A DNA stretch of 63,514 nt, counting the filler, from Pelomyxa schiedti (lineage: Eukaryota > Protista > Evosea), in the NCBI GenBank assembly GCA_020536535.1. It is 15 parts of 15 records of this genome, joined end to end, with 100 filler letters (N's around TTAATTAATTAA, not from the genome) between each part and the next. Parts side by side here need not be neighbours in the genome. Positions count along the whole stretch, not along the records: positions 9,376 to 12,968 come from JAHLWZ010000440.1; positions 13,069 to 15,875 come from JAHLWZ010001877.1; positions 15,976 to 17,077 come from JAHLWZ010002834.1; positions 17,178 to 41,657 come from JAHLWZ010001053.1; 11 more parts are not named here. The stretch is one strand, 5' to 3'. The notes under the pieces are model-generated. The model had not been told where the DNA came from and did not search any database. It saw nothing but the letters and a program-made list of their open reading frames with translations. Position 1 is the first letter of the stretch, and every line of letters begins with the position of its first letter. A program made the position numbers and the translations under genes. This document shows, in pieces, positions 9,981-24,113 of this stretch.

Positions 9981-12226
9981 TCAGTGTTGCAGGCGCTGAA
10001 TGGCATCAGAGCATGACATCCTTGTGTGCTTGTCAGGTGACATCATCCCAACCATCACCTCCTTCATGATGATGCTTGTTGCAGTTCTGTGAGGTGGTGG
10101 TGATGTGGAGGTAGCAGGAGGAGGGATGACCGTGAAGAATGTAAGGGGGTCAGGGAACGAGGCTGCAAGCTTGGCTGGTGTGAACGCGGCCATGTTGGCG
10201 TTGAGTGTGCTCCCAATGAACTTGTGTTGCGGTGGCAGGAGTGCATCCCAGAACGCGACTGCCAGTGCAAACGAATCGCACTTGGAATAAGAGAACACCG
10301 TTGGACCAGTTGCCCTGAGTGTCCTCAGGAGTGCACTCAGCTCTGGTGGCATCGTGCCTGTGTTCCCCCACAGTTGCATCTCGGACGAGACTGTTACTTC
10401 CAGGTCAGGCTTGAGGCACCTTGTTGCCTCACCAAAGTCGATAAGAGACAGTGTGTTTGTCTCTGGGTCAACCAACAAGTTGTCTTCCTTGATGTCCCTT
10501 TTTGGGAGGAGCATGTTTAATAGATGGGAAGCCATTAATATGGAGAAAACCTGTGAATGACCTTGTTGGTTTCAATATGGTTCACTGCCTTGAGTGCCTG
10601 TTGGAACAGGTTTACCGTCGCATCCCATGTCCACTCAAGGACAAGAGGAGGAAGGGAATGGAGAAAGCTTGAAAGGGGGATTCCACCAAAGGGCATGATG
10701 AATGCAAGTGACTTGNNNNNNNNNNNNNNNNNNNNNNNNNNNNNNNNNNNNNNNNNNNNNNNNNNNNNNNNNNNNNNNNNNNNNNNNNNNNNNNNNNNNN
10801 NNNNNNNNNNNNNNNTGCCTGTTGGAACAGGTTTACCGTCGCATCCCATGTCCACTCAAGGACAAGAGGAGGAAGGGAATGGAGAAAGCTTGAAAGGGGG
10901 ATTCCACCAAAGGGCATGATGAATGCAAGTGACTTGCTCAATGCCATTTCTCGGAACATTGGTTGGCTTGCTGGAATCTCCTCAATGAATTCATCTGGCA
11001 TTCTTGTTTTTTGTTTGTGTGAGTGAAAACCTAAAGGTTGCCCTACAGCTTGTAACACCTGGGAATCACGAGGGCACCAAGGGGATGAATCACATTTGGG
11101 TGAGGAGGGATTGAAGAGAGTATCACACACTCGGTCATGTACTTCTGCCTGAGCCTAGTGTGCCTTGGTGTGCTCTCCCAGTTGAACAGTACCTTCATCA
11201 CCATGCTTGACTTGCTCTCAGATGACTGGGTTGTTGCAATCCTCGTTTTGTTTGAAGTTGTTGCTGTGGTAGTTCCAGAAGAAGAAGAAGGGCAGTTGGA
11301 AAACTGTACTTTGAATGCTGCAGCACTGGCACCAGTGCCAAGGAACTTCTCCAACATGAAGTCTGAAATATCTGCTGGAATCAATGATAGCATTTTCTCA
11401 ACAGTTTTCTGAGATAGGGTCAGCATGAGCAACCATGGTTTCTTTATCCATTTTAAAAAAATTTCAAAGGTGAAACCATCTCTTTCTGGATTTCATCTGT
11501 GAGGGACTGAACTCTTCCTTGCAGATTCAGATTTTCCTTTTTCCCTTTGGGGGAAAGTTGTTGCTGATCAGAAAACGATTTGGGGGTGTGGAAACACACA
11601 GTGTAAAACTTCTGCTTGTGACACAGCATTCTGTGCTGTGAGACTGCTGACTTTTTCTTAGTTTTTGTGTTATGTTTTCTTTCTTTCTAAAGAAGATGTT
11701 TTTAAACCTCTCAAAGTTGCACACTCTGCCTCCAGTTGACTGATTCTGATACTGTCCTTGACCTGAATGTGTTTTCATTTGGGATTTGTTGTGAGGAATG
11801 GTCTAGGCACACAAGATTTTCCTTTGGCCGCTGCTCACTGTTGTTGTGCCCACCCATCACCATGGGGGTGCACACAAAATCTTCCTTTGGCTGATGCTTG
11901 CTATTGTTATGCCCACCCATGTCCAAAGGCGTCTGTGTTGGCGTTGGTGTTTGTGTTTGAAGCATGATTGTTGTTGGATGTGGTGTGGTGTTGGTTGTGC
12001 CCTGAGGTGCAGGCTGGGGCTGAAGCTGTGGCAACCTGTAGGGACTCCACACGGGGTGGTTGTTGGCCTTAGTTGTGGAGTTCCCACTTGTGGCCGTGCT
12101 GCTGGACCCCACCATTGGGGGCGACTGGGTGGGAGTTGGTGTGGGGGTGGGTGAGGAGGTAGGAGGGGAGGGTTTGTGACTTGTGGGTATATCCTCGCCA
12201 CACATGAGGACCAGGTAGTTTGCCAT
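9981..12226 (-). CDS. Ser/Thr protein kinase (PINK1-like signature) with a P/T-rich N-terminus; start uncertain
   Basis: FLGTGASAAAFKV, MVMKVLFNW, IPPHPNVIHP, HR|DIKEDN, LIDFGEA, WGNTGTMPPEL and YSKCDSFA. The gap at 10716-10815 is a false gap with a 121-bp overlap. Confidence 0.85.
10595..10936. other. Assembly artefact: exact 121-bp duplication (10595-10715 = 10816-10936) around a 100-N gap
   Basis: Direct sequence identity; the same 121-bp pattern occurs at 57339-57680. Confidence 0.95.
11806..11918 (-). repeat. Two imperfect 63-bp coding repeats (MGGHNNS.....E..VC) in the kinase N-terminus
   Basis: MGGHNNSKHQPKEDFVC and MGGHNNSEQRPKENLVC, 21 aa apart. Confidence 0.75.
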
Positions 12227-12492
12227 GATCTGCTCCGTGCTGGCTGAGGATGTGCATGCTATCTGCGCGGGGATTGGACGTTGTGGGATGGAGAAATTAA
12301 AAATTGAAATGAGAGAATGAATGTACGTTGAAGAACTCTTTGTTAAATGATGGATCGCGTCTAAGTATGGTCTCAGCCTCGGCCTTCGGCTGCTTGCTCT
12401 CATACCACGATGGTCTCATGCCTAACGTTTCCCCGCTTCTCGTTTTTCCCAGAAAAGATAAACTTTTGCCGTTAAGAGGAAGAGCACTTTTT

Positions 12493-12968
12493 TTAGGGGT
12501 GGTTTGTGTTGAGGAAAGTGAGCACGGTGTGGGCGAGTGTTGTCACGTTGTCAGGGGGTGAGAACATTGTCCAGTGGTCACCCGGAGTCGTCGCGCTGCT
12601 GAGTGACAGCGTTGCCCTGCCCTTGTCCTCCGGCTGCGCCGGCCTGTTAGACAGCCTGGTCAGCGTGTTGGTCCACGACTTGGGTGCAGTGTCGAGCTGC
12701 AGCAGTGACTTCACGAACTCGTCGTTGTTGGAGGCCCACACTGTAAGAACCGGAACATTCCACGGTTCAAGGCTGGAAGCCGATTCCGGAGTTCCAGCTG
12801 ATGATGATGATTCTGATGATTGGAAGAGCAGGCTGTCGACTAGGGGTAGTGCTTGGTCGGTGAGGTGGATGTCCTGCATGAGGTTCTTCACGAGGTCCTG
12901 GGCTACCTGGCGCTCCTGGGCGGTCTCGTACTTGCACGCCGCGAAGAAGTGGTCCCACTTGGCTTTCT
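12493..12968 (-). CDS. Hypothetical protein, C-terminal fragment
   Basis: Frame is open from the contig edge to the stop at 12493; coding-like GC3. Confidence 0.5.
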
Positions 12969-13068
12969 NNNNNNNNNNNNNNNNNNNNNNNNNNNNNNNN
13001 NNNNNNNNNNNNTTAATTAATTAANNNNNNNNNNNNNNNNNNNNNNNNNNNNNNNNNNNNNNNNNNNN

Positions 13069-13669
13069 AATTCCTCACACTTGTCCTCAGGGAAATCATT
13101 CAACGTGAATCTCTCCCACAAGTAAAAGGAATTGTATCCCTGATGAGGGAATGCGGCCCTGATGTGTTCACCAAGCACTACGTTGCTGATTGCCTTTCAG
13201 GTGCAACTAAGGCGGTATCAAGCAAAACAGTGAAGTGGCTGATCACACACTTCCAACTTGAACGGGAACACATCACAGCCGACAACAACAACATCCTGTG
13301 CAAACTGCTTTCATGGGGAGAAGAGTGCTGTGCAGAGTGGCTCATCAACAAGTTCCACATCACCTTCAATGAGGTAAAAACCATTCCAATAACATTCTAT
13401 TTGCTGATCTGTTTTCTCAGGTGTTGATGCTGTCATCAGAGTTGTACTTTGTTGACTTGGCGACATGGCAGATGCTTGTCCAGGTGTTCCCAGGCATCAC
13501 AGCCACACACATAAAGGAGAAGTTACTGAAGCTCGTGAGCTATTCACCTGTCATTGCACAGTTCACACTGAGGCACTTCCCTGATGTCATAATGCAGGAC
13601 ATTGTTGTCTTCTGCAATGCTTCTGGAGGACGTTTCTCACGGTGCTGGCTCATTGACAACAACCTCTAA
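13069..13669 (+). CDS. C-terminal fragment of a paralog of the 1..1786 family
   Basis: SKTVKWLITHFQLEREHITADNNNILCKLL..AEWLINKFHITFNEV aligns by eye with the ORF 22..1455 C-terminus, with an intron at the equivalent position. Confidence 0.7.
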
Positions 13670-13827
13670 CAGTAAACCAAATGATACATCCTTAATGAAA
13701 AGGTAAAGGGATAAAAAGGGAGTGGCGGTGGAGCAAGTGGGTCATCCTCAGGAGTGCTTTTTGCACAGAACAAGATTCTGACGGATCATCAAAAAACTCC
13801 ACAACTTCAAAAAACGACCAACCAACG

Positions 13828-15303
13828 TTGGGAATGGGCAACACAATCAGCACAAACAGCAAGTCGACTCCCGCTGCCTCGTCATCACCCACAGCAGCAG
13901 TATTTCCGCCTTCCGCACACAGCACACCCACAATCACCCTCGACGTCGCCCTGTCTGCCGCGGACCAGTTCGTCGCGTTCGCGTGCGGGTCGGCCGTGGC
14001 CAGGACCAGCCAGGCGTCGCCAGCCCGGCTCCTCGCCACGTCGCCGTCGGTGCTCGCGCAGCTCGGGCGGGACTGGGTGGTGTGCGGGTGCAGGGACGTG
14101 GCGGGGACCGTGTCGGTGGAGATCACGCGGCCCGGCGACTGGTGGAGGAGCTACGCCAAGGCGCACTTGTGGCTGTGCCTGTCCCCGACTCTGGGCGTCG
14201 TGAGGTCCGCGCAGTTCGTGACCGAGTATGACCAGGACTGCGGCCAGCTGATTGGCCACATTGGGCGCGTGTCACCACCACCACCACAACCACCATCGTC
14301 GTCGTCGTCTTCATCATCATCATCATCATCATCATCGCCGGCGGGAGAGGTAGGGGCCTCGGATGCGACAATGATGCAAAGTACAAGCAGGACTGAAAGT
14401 GAGAGTGAGAGGCTGGTTGTGGTGAAGAAGGGCCCTGGGGTAGTTGGGGCTGCCATGGAGATTGTCAGTGGCCGTGGGCGCGCGGTGTCTGTGCACGTGG
14501 GCTATACAACGGATTGGTCCCCTGATGTTGTGAACCACGAGTTGTGCAACAGGAGGTGGATTGTGTTGACCGAGGGAACAGGGATTGCATTGTGGAGACT
14601 GGGTGGTCCTGACGACGTTCTGCTGGGTGGAAAAGCCACAAAAATCAGTGTGACTCAGCACCCTATCGATGTTGCATTCTATGAGGATGATCCTGACGTG
14701 TTGCTCGTGACAGCTTCAAACCCAACAGATGGAGGGTTGACCTCTTTCCTGTGGCACATTGACTTGAAGGAGAGCTTCAACCAGAGGGAGCTTGTGCTCA
14801 AGAGTGACCCGTTGCCTCTCCCAATGGACCTCAGATGGTGGCATCACATTGGCATTCTGGGTTGTGATCCCATTCGTATTGTTTCTGTTGGGAAGCATGG
14901 TGCAGGTTTCAACATCTTCGACACCACCACCAAACATACCAACACCTTTCATGGCTTGCCGTGGCAAATCAGTTGCACCCTTTTTGGTGCAGCACCATCA
15001 GATGATGTTTTCCAGGTGTTCCACACCAGAAACCTCTCAACACCATGCTGCACCGTCCACTGTGAGAGAGTAATACCAGGTATGTAATCACTGATGCTGA
15101 GACCGACACTCTTCTGGCTTTCCTCAGCTACTCCTACTCCTCCTGAGCTTAGTCTAATCACAAGAAAACGTGGAAATGAGTTCCCGAAGTGGCTGTCCAA
15201 GTGGGAATCTGTGCTCCAATCCACATTTCGAAAAAACGTTGGCTTGTTGTTCCGTCCATCATCCTCACTGTATTTTGTGCGTTCTTCTCCACCACCAAGT
15301 TGA
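13828..15303 (+). CDS. Hypothetical expanded-family protein (possible N-myristoylation MG(MG)NTIS; beta-strand-rich, propeller-like C-terminus)
   Basis: 419-aa ORF plus a final exon ending at 15303; similar in layout to 60499-61654 and 62035-62983. Confidence 0.65.
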
Positions 15304-15975
15304 AAAAAACAGTTGAATACTTGGAAGGTTTGTGAGTACATCACCCACCTTTTTAAAAAACCTAAGTCCATCTTGTGAGGAATGTCAAGGATACATAGGC
15401 AGATCTCTGTCAACAACAAATTGCAGTTGAGGAAAGACAGCACAGAAGGTTCTGCATAACCTCCCCTGTGGAAATGGTGTGTTCGATTTCATCAAGAGTG
15501 CAAGTTAGTGGCAAAACCAGAGAACACACGCTCCTCCTTCTTGAGATCTGAGATCAGTTCTTCTGAAAAATCGAAAACGAAAAGTGGTGCTACGGTGTTC
15601 CGTTCACTGTGTGTTGTATTGTTTCCTTCAGTGGGGTGGGAAGGAAGGAAACTGCACCAAAAGAGAACAAAGAGGCACAAAGTATTTTATTCATCTTGGA
15701 ATGGATGGATACATTTGGGTGTGTTTGTGTTGAGGTGTTTTTGTATATTTGTATAGAAATGAGGTGAACTCGGTGTGCATTTATAAAGGATTCCAAAGTC
15801 AAAGGAAAGGTCTTGGGTATCTCGATGATCTTTCTGTGAACTTGATTTCCGAACTTGGTAAGTGATGACTCAGCCNNNNNNNNNNNNNNNNNNNNNNNNN
15901 NNNNNNNNNNNNNNNNNNNTTAATTAATTAANNNNNNNNNNNNNNNNNNNNNNNNNNNNNNNNNNNNNNNNNNNN

Positions 15976-17077
15976 CGACACGGACATCTTCCTCTGGAAA
16001 CAGTTCACAAATCGGCTCGTCAGATTTTTCCCAACCGTCGCAGCGTTCCGGGTCTTCTCAAAATGAAACCAAATTCAGGCCCGATGGGTCCCCGCAGTCT
16101 CGCACAGCCTTTGGAGATGACCCTCTGAGTGCTGACATAGACAACGACCCCGCGTATAATTTCGCGTATGGCAGCAAATTGACATCAACGTCATCATCAC
16201 CATCAAGAAAGAGGCCCCCGCCAGACCAACAAGCCACATTCTCTGGTATAATTATAGAACGTATAATAGATAAGTGTGATATTCATGAATCATTAAGGTT
16301 CCGGGCTGGGGGTAGAGTCTTCTTCTCAAGTGGAAGGAGGGGACATTGATGTGGGAACAGGTTCTTACTACGGGATTAGTAGAGGAAGCAAGAGGAGGAG
16401 ACCTCAAGCTTCCATTCCTATCCTTTTCGGATTAAAAGGTGACATATCTGTAGAAACTGTTATTTTTGTTTTACTTTTATTCCATTGGTTTGCGGGTTAT
16501 TTGTTGCTGTGTGCCCCTTTCTTTTTATTCTATTTTAACGTACATCCAAAGAACGTGAACAGTATAGCGCTCAATCAACTGGAAAAGTTATTTGGGACCA
16601 TACCGCTATCAGCGATGAACAAAGTAATATTTTACAATATTTACCTGGCTCATTCTTACCTTAATTTCAGTGGATTCGTACCTTTTGCAGTGCCAGACAA
16701 AGCCGGGAATGCTTGAAGCACATCTCGAGAATTTGCATCAATCCTCTTATCAGGTTGACGTGGCACTAAAAGCATTAGAATCCCCTAACTGTTGTATGTG
16801 CCACCTAAGGTTGATTTCAACACTAATTCTTCCTCCCAGATACTCTTGCGGATAGTTGGACACCAATGGAACATGAAGTTTTCAAGTCTGCTCTAATGCA
16901 GTACGGGAAAAAGTTTGATTCCATAGCCGAGCATGTAAGTGCTTTCTCTTTCTTCTCCGAATTTTCCAACCACATTCCCAGTGCCACATAAATCAGGAGA
17001 AGTGTGTAAGACACTATTACCTCTGGCGCCACACACCGGACTTCAAGAGTTTTAAGCATGCTTTAGCAAGCCGAAAC
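15976..17077 (+). CDS. SANT/Myb-domain (ELM2-SANT/MIER-like) chromatin protein, internal fragment
   Basis: Spliced SWTPMEHEVFKSALMQYGKKFDSIAEH|...EKCVRHYYLWR. Confidence 0.75.
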
Positions 17078-17177
17078 NNNNNNNNNNNNNNNNNNNNNNN
17101 NNNNNNNNNNNNNNNNNNNNNTTAATTAATTAANNNNNNNNNNNNNNNNNNNNNNNNNNNNNNNNNNNNNNNNNNNN

Positions 17178-18797
17178 GACTGTTTGTACCCCTGGAGGCG
17201 GTGTTGTTGCTCTTGTGGGTGTTGAGGATGGTATCTGCTGCGGCGCTTGAGGAGAGCCCGGCAGTGGAGGGGTAACAGATTGAGTAATGGGAGTTGAACT
17301 GGAACCAGAGGGTGGAACGGCAGGAAGAGGGTGAGAGGGCCTCGCAGGAAGTGCATGGGTGGGGCGGGCAGCTTTCAGGGATGCAGTTTTTGGAGTGTCT
17401 GCCTTAGTAGGGTCAGTTGGAGTGGATTCGCTAGGTTGACTTGTGGTAGACGTTACAACACTGACATTTGCAGTGGGTGGGGTACTTTGGGTTGCATTGG
17501 CTGAGGAATTGCCAGTCTCCGACTTGGGTGATTCAGAGTCCGGCCAGGACTTGGCAGAGGATTTGGTGGGCTCGGATTTTCTATGAGCGTGCCTTATCAA
17601 GCGCAAGGGAAGAGCAGAGGGAAGCTTCTTTGGTGGTGGAGGTGGAGGGACTGGCGCAACCGGTACCTGGGTAGCAGGTGGAGATGCCGTCGCATGTGTT
17701 GCAGCATGCGATGGCAGAGTGCGAGCAGTATATTTCTTGGGCGGGGGTGGGGGTGGCGGAGGCTGTGGGGGCACCACCCTCCTTGCACGCAGAGGTGTTC
17801 GAGAGGAAAGAGTCAGTGGAGGAGGGGGAGGCGGTGGAGGTGGTGGTACACTGTCCTTGGGTGTACCTGGAGCTTCTTTAGAAGCCGAAGATTCCGCCAC
17901 AGCACTTGGACTTTCCGGCGTCACAGGCACCGATACAGACGCCGCCCTCTCTTTGATGGCGTTTTCCTTTTGAGACACAGGAACAGCAGCAGAAGCATCC
18001 CCAGGAGAATTTTGTGAAGAATCGGATGAATCAGAATGTCTTCGAGGGTGCTCCTGCGATACACTGGAGCTTTGAGAATGAGAACCAGAACCGGAGCCAG
18101 AGCCAGAAGCAGAAGCAGAGCCAGAACCAGATATCTGAGCTGACTCCTGCCTCGGCTGAGCAGCCAAAACAGAAACGAAGGACGCGGACATGTGCTGCGG
18201 CTGGGACGCGGAGGGCGACGGCGACGGCGACGAGGGCGACGAGGTGATCAGGGACAGGAGCGCCGGCGACGACACGGAGAAGGACTGGGACAGGGACGCG
18301 GGCACGGGCTTGCGGCAGGAGCCGCAGAACTTGGCCCTGGGGAACAGCGGCGCGTCGCAGTAGCGGCAGTTGGCCGGCGGCGGCGGGGGCGGCGGCGGCG
18401 GGGGCTTCTGCACCGCCTGCCCGCACGACGTGCAGAACCGCGAGGGCGCGGGGACCCCGTACTTGCACCTGATGCACGGGGTGATCGTCGCCGGCCTCGA
18501 CGGCGGCGGCGGCGGCGAGGGGATCGGGGCTCCTCCCCCTGTTGATGGGGACGAGGGCGAGGCCGGCGTCGATGTTGTTGTTGCTGATGATGATGACGAC
18601 GATGGTGATGATGACGATGGTTGTTGTGGGGTGGTGCTATCGGTCCCGAGTGTGCCGCACTTGGGGCAGTACCTGGGAGACTGGAGTTAAGGGGGAAGGG
18701 GTGCGGCGGGGAGGGGAAGGGAGGAAAAAAAAAAGTTATGGGAAGTGGTGGTGGTTGGGTACTTGAGGACTTTGATACGACATCGAGTGCACTCCAT
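17178..18797 (-). CDS. Proline-rich protein with three N-terminal double-zinc-ribbon-like CxxC pairs (3'-truncated)
   Basis: MECTRC..K|YCPKCG, CIRC..FCTSCG and CRYC..FCGSC, followed by repeated poly-Pro tracts. Confidence 0.75.
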
Positions 18798-19043
18798 CAC
18801 GGCCGGGCGTGCCTATTGGATGGATAAATTTTTTTTGCTTCTCGGCGAAAAACCAAAAGCGGCAGGGGGTTTGTTTTCCGTGCACGGTGCTGGCCGAAAA
18901 AACGAACCAAAGGGTTGTGTTTGTGTCGTTGGGCTTTAAAGTCCCGGACTATCTGAAACAAAAGGGTACAGCAACAGGAAAGACAGACAAATTTAGTGTC
19001 TATTTGGTGGGCACCAAACACTGGAAGGTGTTGAAGTGGTGGT

Positions 19044-20298
19044 TCAGGGCTGTGAAATGAAGGATTGGTGCCTTATCGTAAGTTCCCGCATTAGAGGGAC
19101 TTCAATATCGTCAGTGTCCGGCTTTAGAATGGGGGCGCCATTGGGAGTTGAGGGATCGTAAAGTAACACGCGGGCTCGTATTTCGTTGAGCAAGTTGCCC
19201 ACAACAATGTTGCTGCCACTGTTGGCAAGAGATGTGGTTGCTTTGTACTTGAGGATAGACTCATCTGTTTCCAGCTGGTGGTTCGTTCGTTGGTGAGTTT
19301 TATAATAGAGGGGAGAATGGCAGGCACACTTTAAAAGAAACAATATAAGCCCCGGGGCACCATATGGAACGAATCGCCGGCAGGAGTTTTGGCACATTTT
19401 TCAAGTCTAATCTGAGGCCATCGACATTGGACTAATTGGCAAGAAGTTAGAATGGTGTATTGTGAACTTTTCGTCAACGTTAAATTTACCTGGATTTTGT
19501 GAGATGGTAATTGATCAAAAGGGATAAAAAAATCGGAAACAGCTGCAGATGCGTAGACTACAGAAGAAAGAATTGTCAATAAGCTAAAAAGAAATTGTAA
19601 CTAACTGAATGCATTCTTTCCAACTCGACTCATGATCGAGCACGAAGCTTTGAGCAGATGCAGATACTGATCCACAGTCGTGAATGGAACAAAAAGTATG
19701 CGTCCCTCAGATTTTGCCGCGTGATATTGTCGTGCCACTTGCTTCACTTTGGGGGGCACTGAAGGTAACCATGTAAAGGTTAGACTTATCACGCTCCAAT
19801 TTCAACTCACATATCACTTCCCCGTTTGGGTCCACCTGCATGTGATCAAACATGTTTCCAAGGAATTGTCTGCGAAAATCATTAAGAGTTGTGAATCCTG
19901 GCCACGCAAGATTTGATGCTGCTGGCACACCGGCTGTATGGCAACTTGGAATGTGCTCGATGCAAATAAACAACAGCGTAGCCACTCTCCAACAAGCATT
20001 CTGTAGATGCAGCACCACGCCCACCGGAACTGAAATTATCGATGAATCTCACCGTATTTCTCTCCAAAGGTACAGTCGTCCCACCAGACTGTGCTGTTAT
20101 TTAGCAACGAAGGGGAAAAAAGGAAAACAGTTTGATTCGTACAGTAACAAGGGCAATCAGGTGGTGCTGCGCGACGTGCGTGTCAACGAACGCCGAGATC
20201 TCTGCTGTTTCTTTAGCTACGTCTGGACCGGGCAGGGCAAAGTACTCCCTCTCCGTCGCCGAAATGTCAACCGCTGCGTGTGACCTGTCCGTTGCCAT
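19044..20298 (-). CDS. PPCS: Phosphopantothenate-cysteine ligase
   Basis: LVT|[48 protein letters not shown]|LETDE and VVGNLL; canonical introns. Confidence 0.95.
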
Positions 20299-20565
20299 CG
20301 TACGATCGTTTGAGAAATCTCAAAAACCTGTGAGATCTTAACACTATGAACCTACAGAGTTTTTACTCCCCGTAGGGTTCGTCCGGGCTGTATTGTTGTG
20401 TTGCTGTGAGGGGCTTTTACGAGGGAAATCTGAGAGCAACAAAGGTCCGAAGAGATTAATTGGCGTTTGCAACTGTCCCAAATTGTTGATTGGAAATCTC
20501 GCCACTTTAATAAACAAGCGAACTAGCGCGAAGGCACGTGCGGATTTGCGACAGCAACAGGGACA

Positions 20566-22481
<1,916 letters not shown>

Positions 22482-22560
22482 TTTGAAAATAAAAAAAAAA
22501 AAAACAAAAACATTCTCCCCTCATTAGGCGTTTTTTGTGCCGATTCGAACCGACGCACAA

Positions 22561-23740
22561 ATGGATTCCTTTGGTGCTATTCCTTTGAACCGCAGTGTGT
22601 GCATACAGTTTCGCCATCATGTCACTAACATAGCATCTATGCCAGTTTCGGGGCTGCGGGGTGGTGGAATGTGTTGGAGTGTTGTATGCAACTTGCAAAC
22701 CAAAGCACAACTTGCCTAACTGATGGAAAAAAGGCTTCTCTGGTGCATTTACTGTACTGGGACACGAATACGAGGCAAGCAATAATGGGTTGCATGCCAA
22801 AGGATCACCCAGATAACGAGACGTTACCTGCAATGCAGCAAGTTTTTTTTTTATCACTTTTTTTGAGTGTTATTACCATACCCATTGAATGCAGCTTTTT
22901 GAAAGTATGAAAACAGTTGATCCAATGCCAACTGTCACAAATCTCCCTGGTTTGAACCAAATCGACCCATACGAGTCTTTCTGCAACATTGCATTTGCTG
23001 TGCTGTCGCTGCTCCCGCCGCAAATTATGCAACCCCTAGAGTATCAGTCTCTAAAGAAAATTATCCCGCTATCTGGAGCAAAGGACAAAGAGGATGGCGT
23101 AAAGGAATGCCGGCAAAAATTTCTATCCCTTGACGCATGTCCATCTCACGCCAGCATGGGGCAGCCCTCCCTGGTCATTCCAGATGGCACACCATATGAA
23201 ATTGCATACCAGCAAAAGGTTGATTGGCAGAGATCAAATCAGTATAACCTCTGGGACTTGATTTGCTTGGAATTGCGGGATGAGGTTATTCCAGCAGATA
23301 GTTACCTGCTGGAGTATTATATGAATAAACCCACTCTCTCCTTACTGGTTGACATCAAGCAATTCGTTTTAGACTTCCCGGATATGAGAATAAGCGTAAC
23401 AAATTTCACAATAAACCTCCCGCATACACTGGACCTGAAAAAAATTGCTTCCAGCAGTCTGGCGAACAAACCTGGGTCCTTGGAATACAGCCTTTTTGGA
23501 GTTGTAGGGCACTGGGGAGGACCTTCATCAGGCTGTTTTGAGGTTTATATCCTCTTTCCTCAACACGGCTGGGTGGCTTTTCCTGATGGCAGGTATGATT
23601 TCTTTTGCATCACTTGTAAGTGAGTATGAGTACTCAGTACTAAACTCACATCCTGCACTCTTAAGAATACTAGAAAACGATAAGAACTGTTCTACCAGTA
23701 CAATTAATTAAATTTGTCTACATCCAACAAGCGCAATAAC
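22561..23740 (+). CDS. Compact USP (ubiquitin-specific protease)-like protein with a degenerate His box; 3' end uncertain
   Basis: Cys-box-like LANQSTTC and His-box-like YSLFGVVGHWGGPSSGCFEVYI...WVAFPDG. Confidence 0.55.
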
Positions 23741-24113
23741 AAAAAAAACAAACAAATAAACAAACAAACAAAAAAAGGCCACCACAGAAGATTGCACAGC
23801 CGGAAACGCCTGGCCACCCTGTGAGATTTGTTGCAGCTTGGTATAGATTGAGCAGCCCATGGTCACCAGCAGCACACATGGCATTCCCGCCGAAATTCCG
23901 TATCTGCGTGCCTACTGTGTTGCACGTCGCGCGATGCCTGCACATCTCGTATAATCTGCCCATGTTCTTTTGGTACGGTGTTCTTTCTGCGTGCCCTCCT
24001 TATTGGTTCGGCTGCTGAATCGTCTGAAGAACCCCTAATTATGCCAAAATAGACTGTTCCGTGATGCAGATCTTTCGTTTTTCATAATTGCAATATTATT
24101 TCCGTAGAGCGAG

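Noticed and set aside
10595-10936. Apparent tandem duplications inside the kinase and (57339-57680) the dehydrogenase
   Set aside because: Both are exactly 121 bp, identical, and flank 100-N gaps, so they are scaffolding artefacts.
22538-22552. tRNA T-loop (GGTTCGAATC on the minus strand)
   Set aside because: There is no T-stem pairing or cloverleaf.
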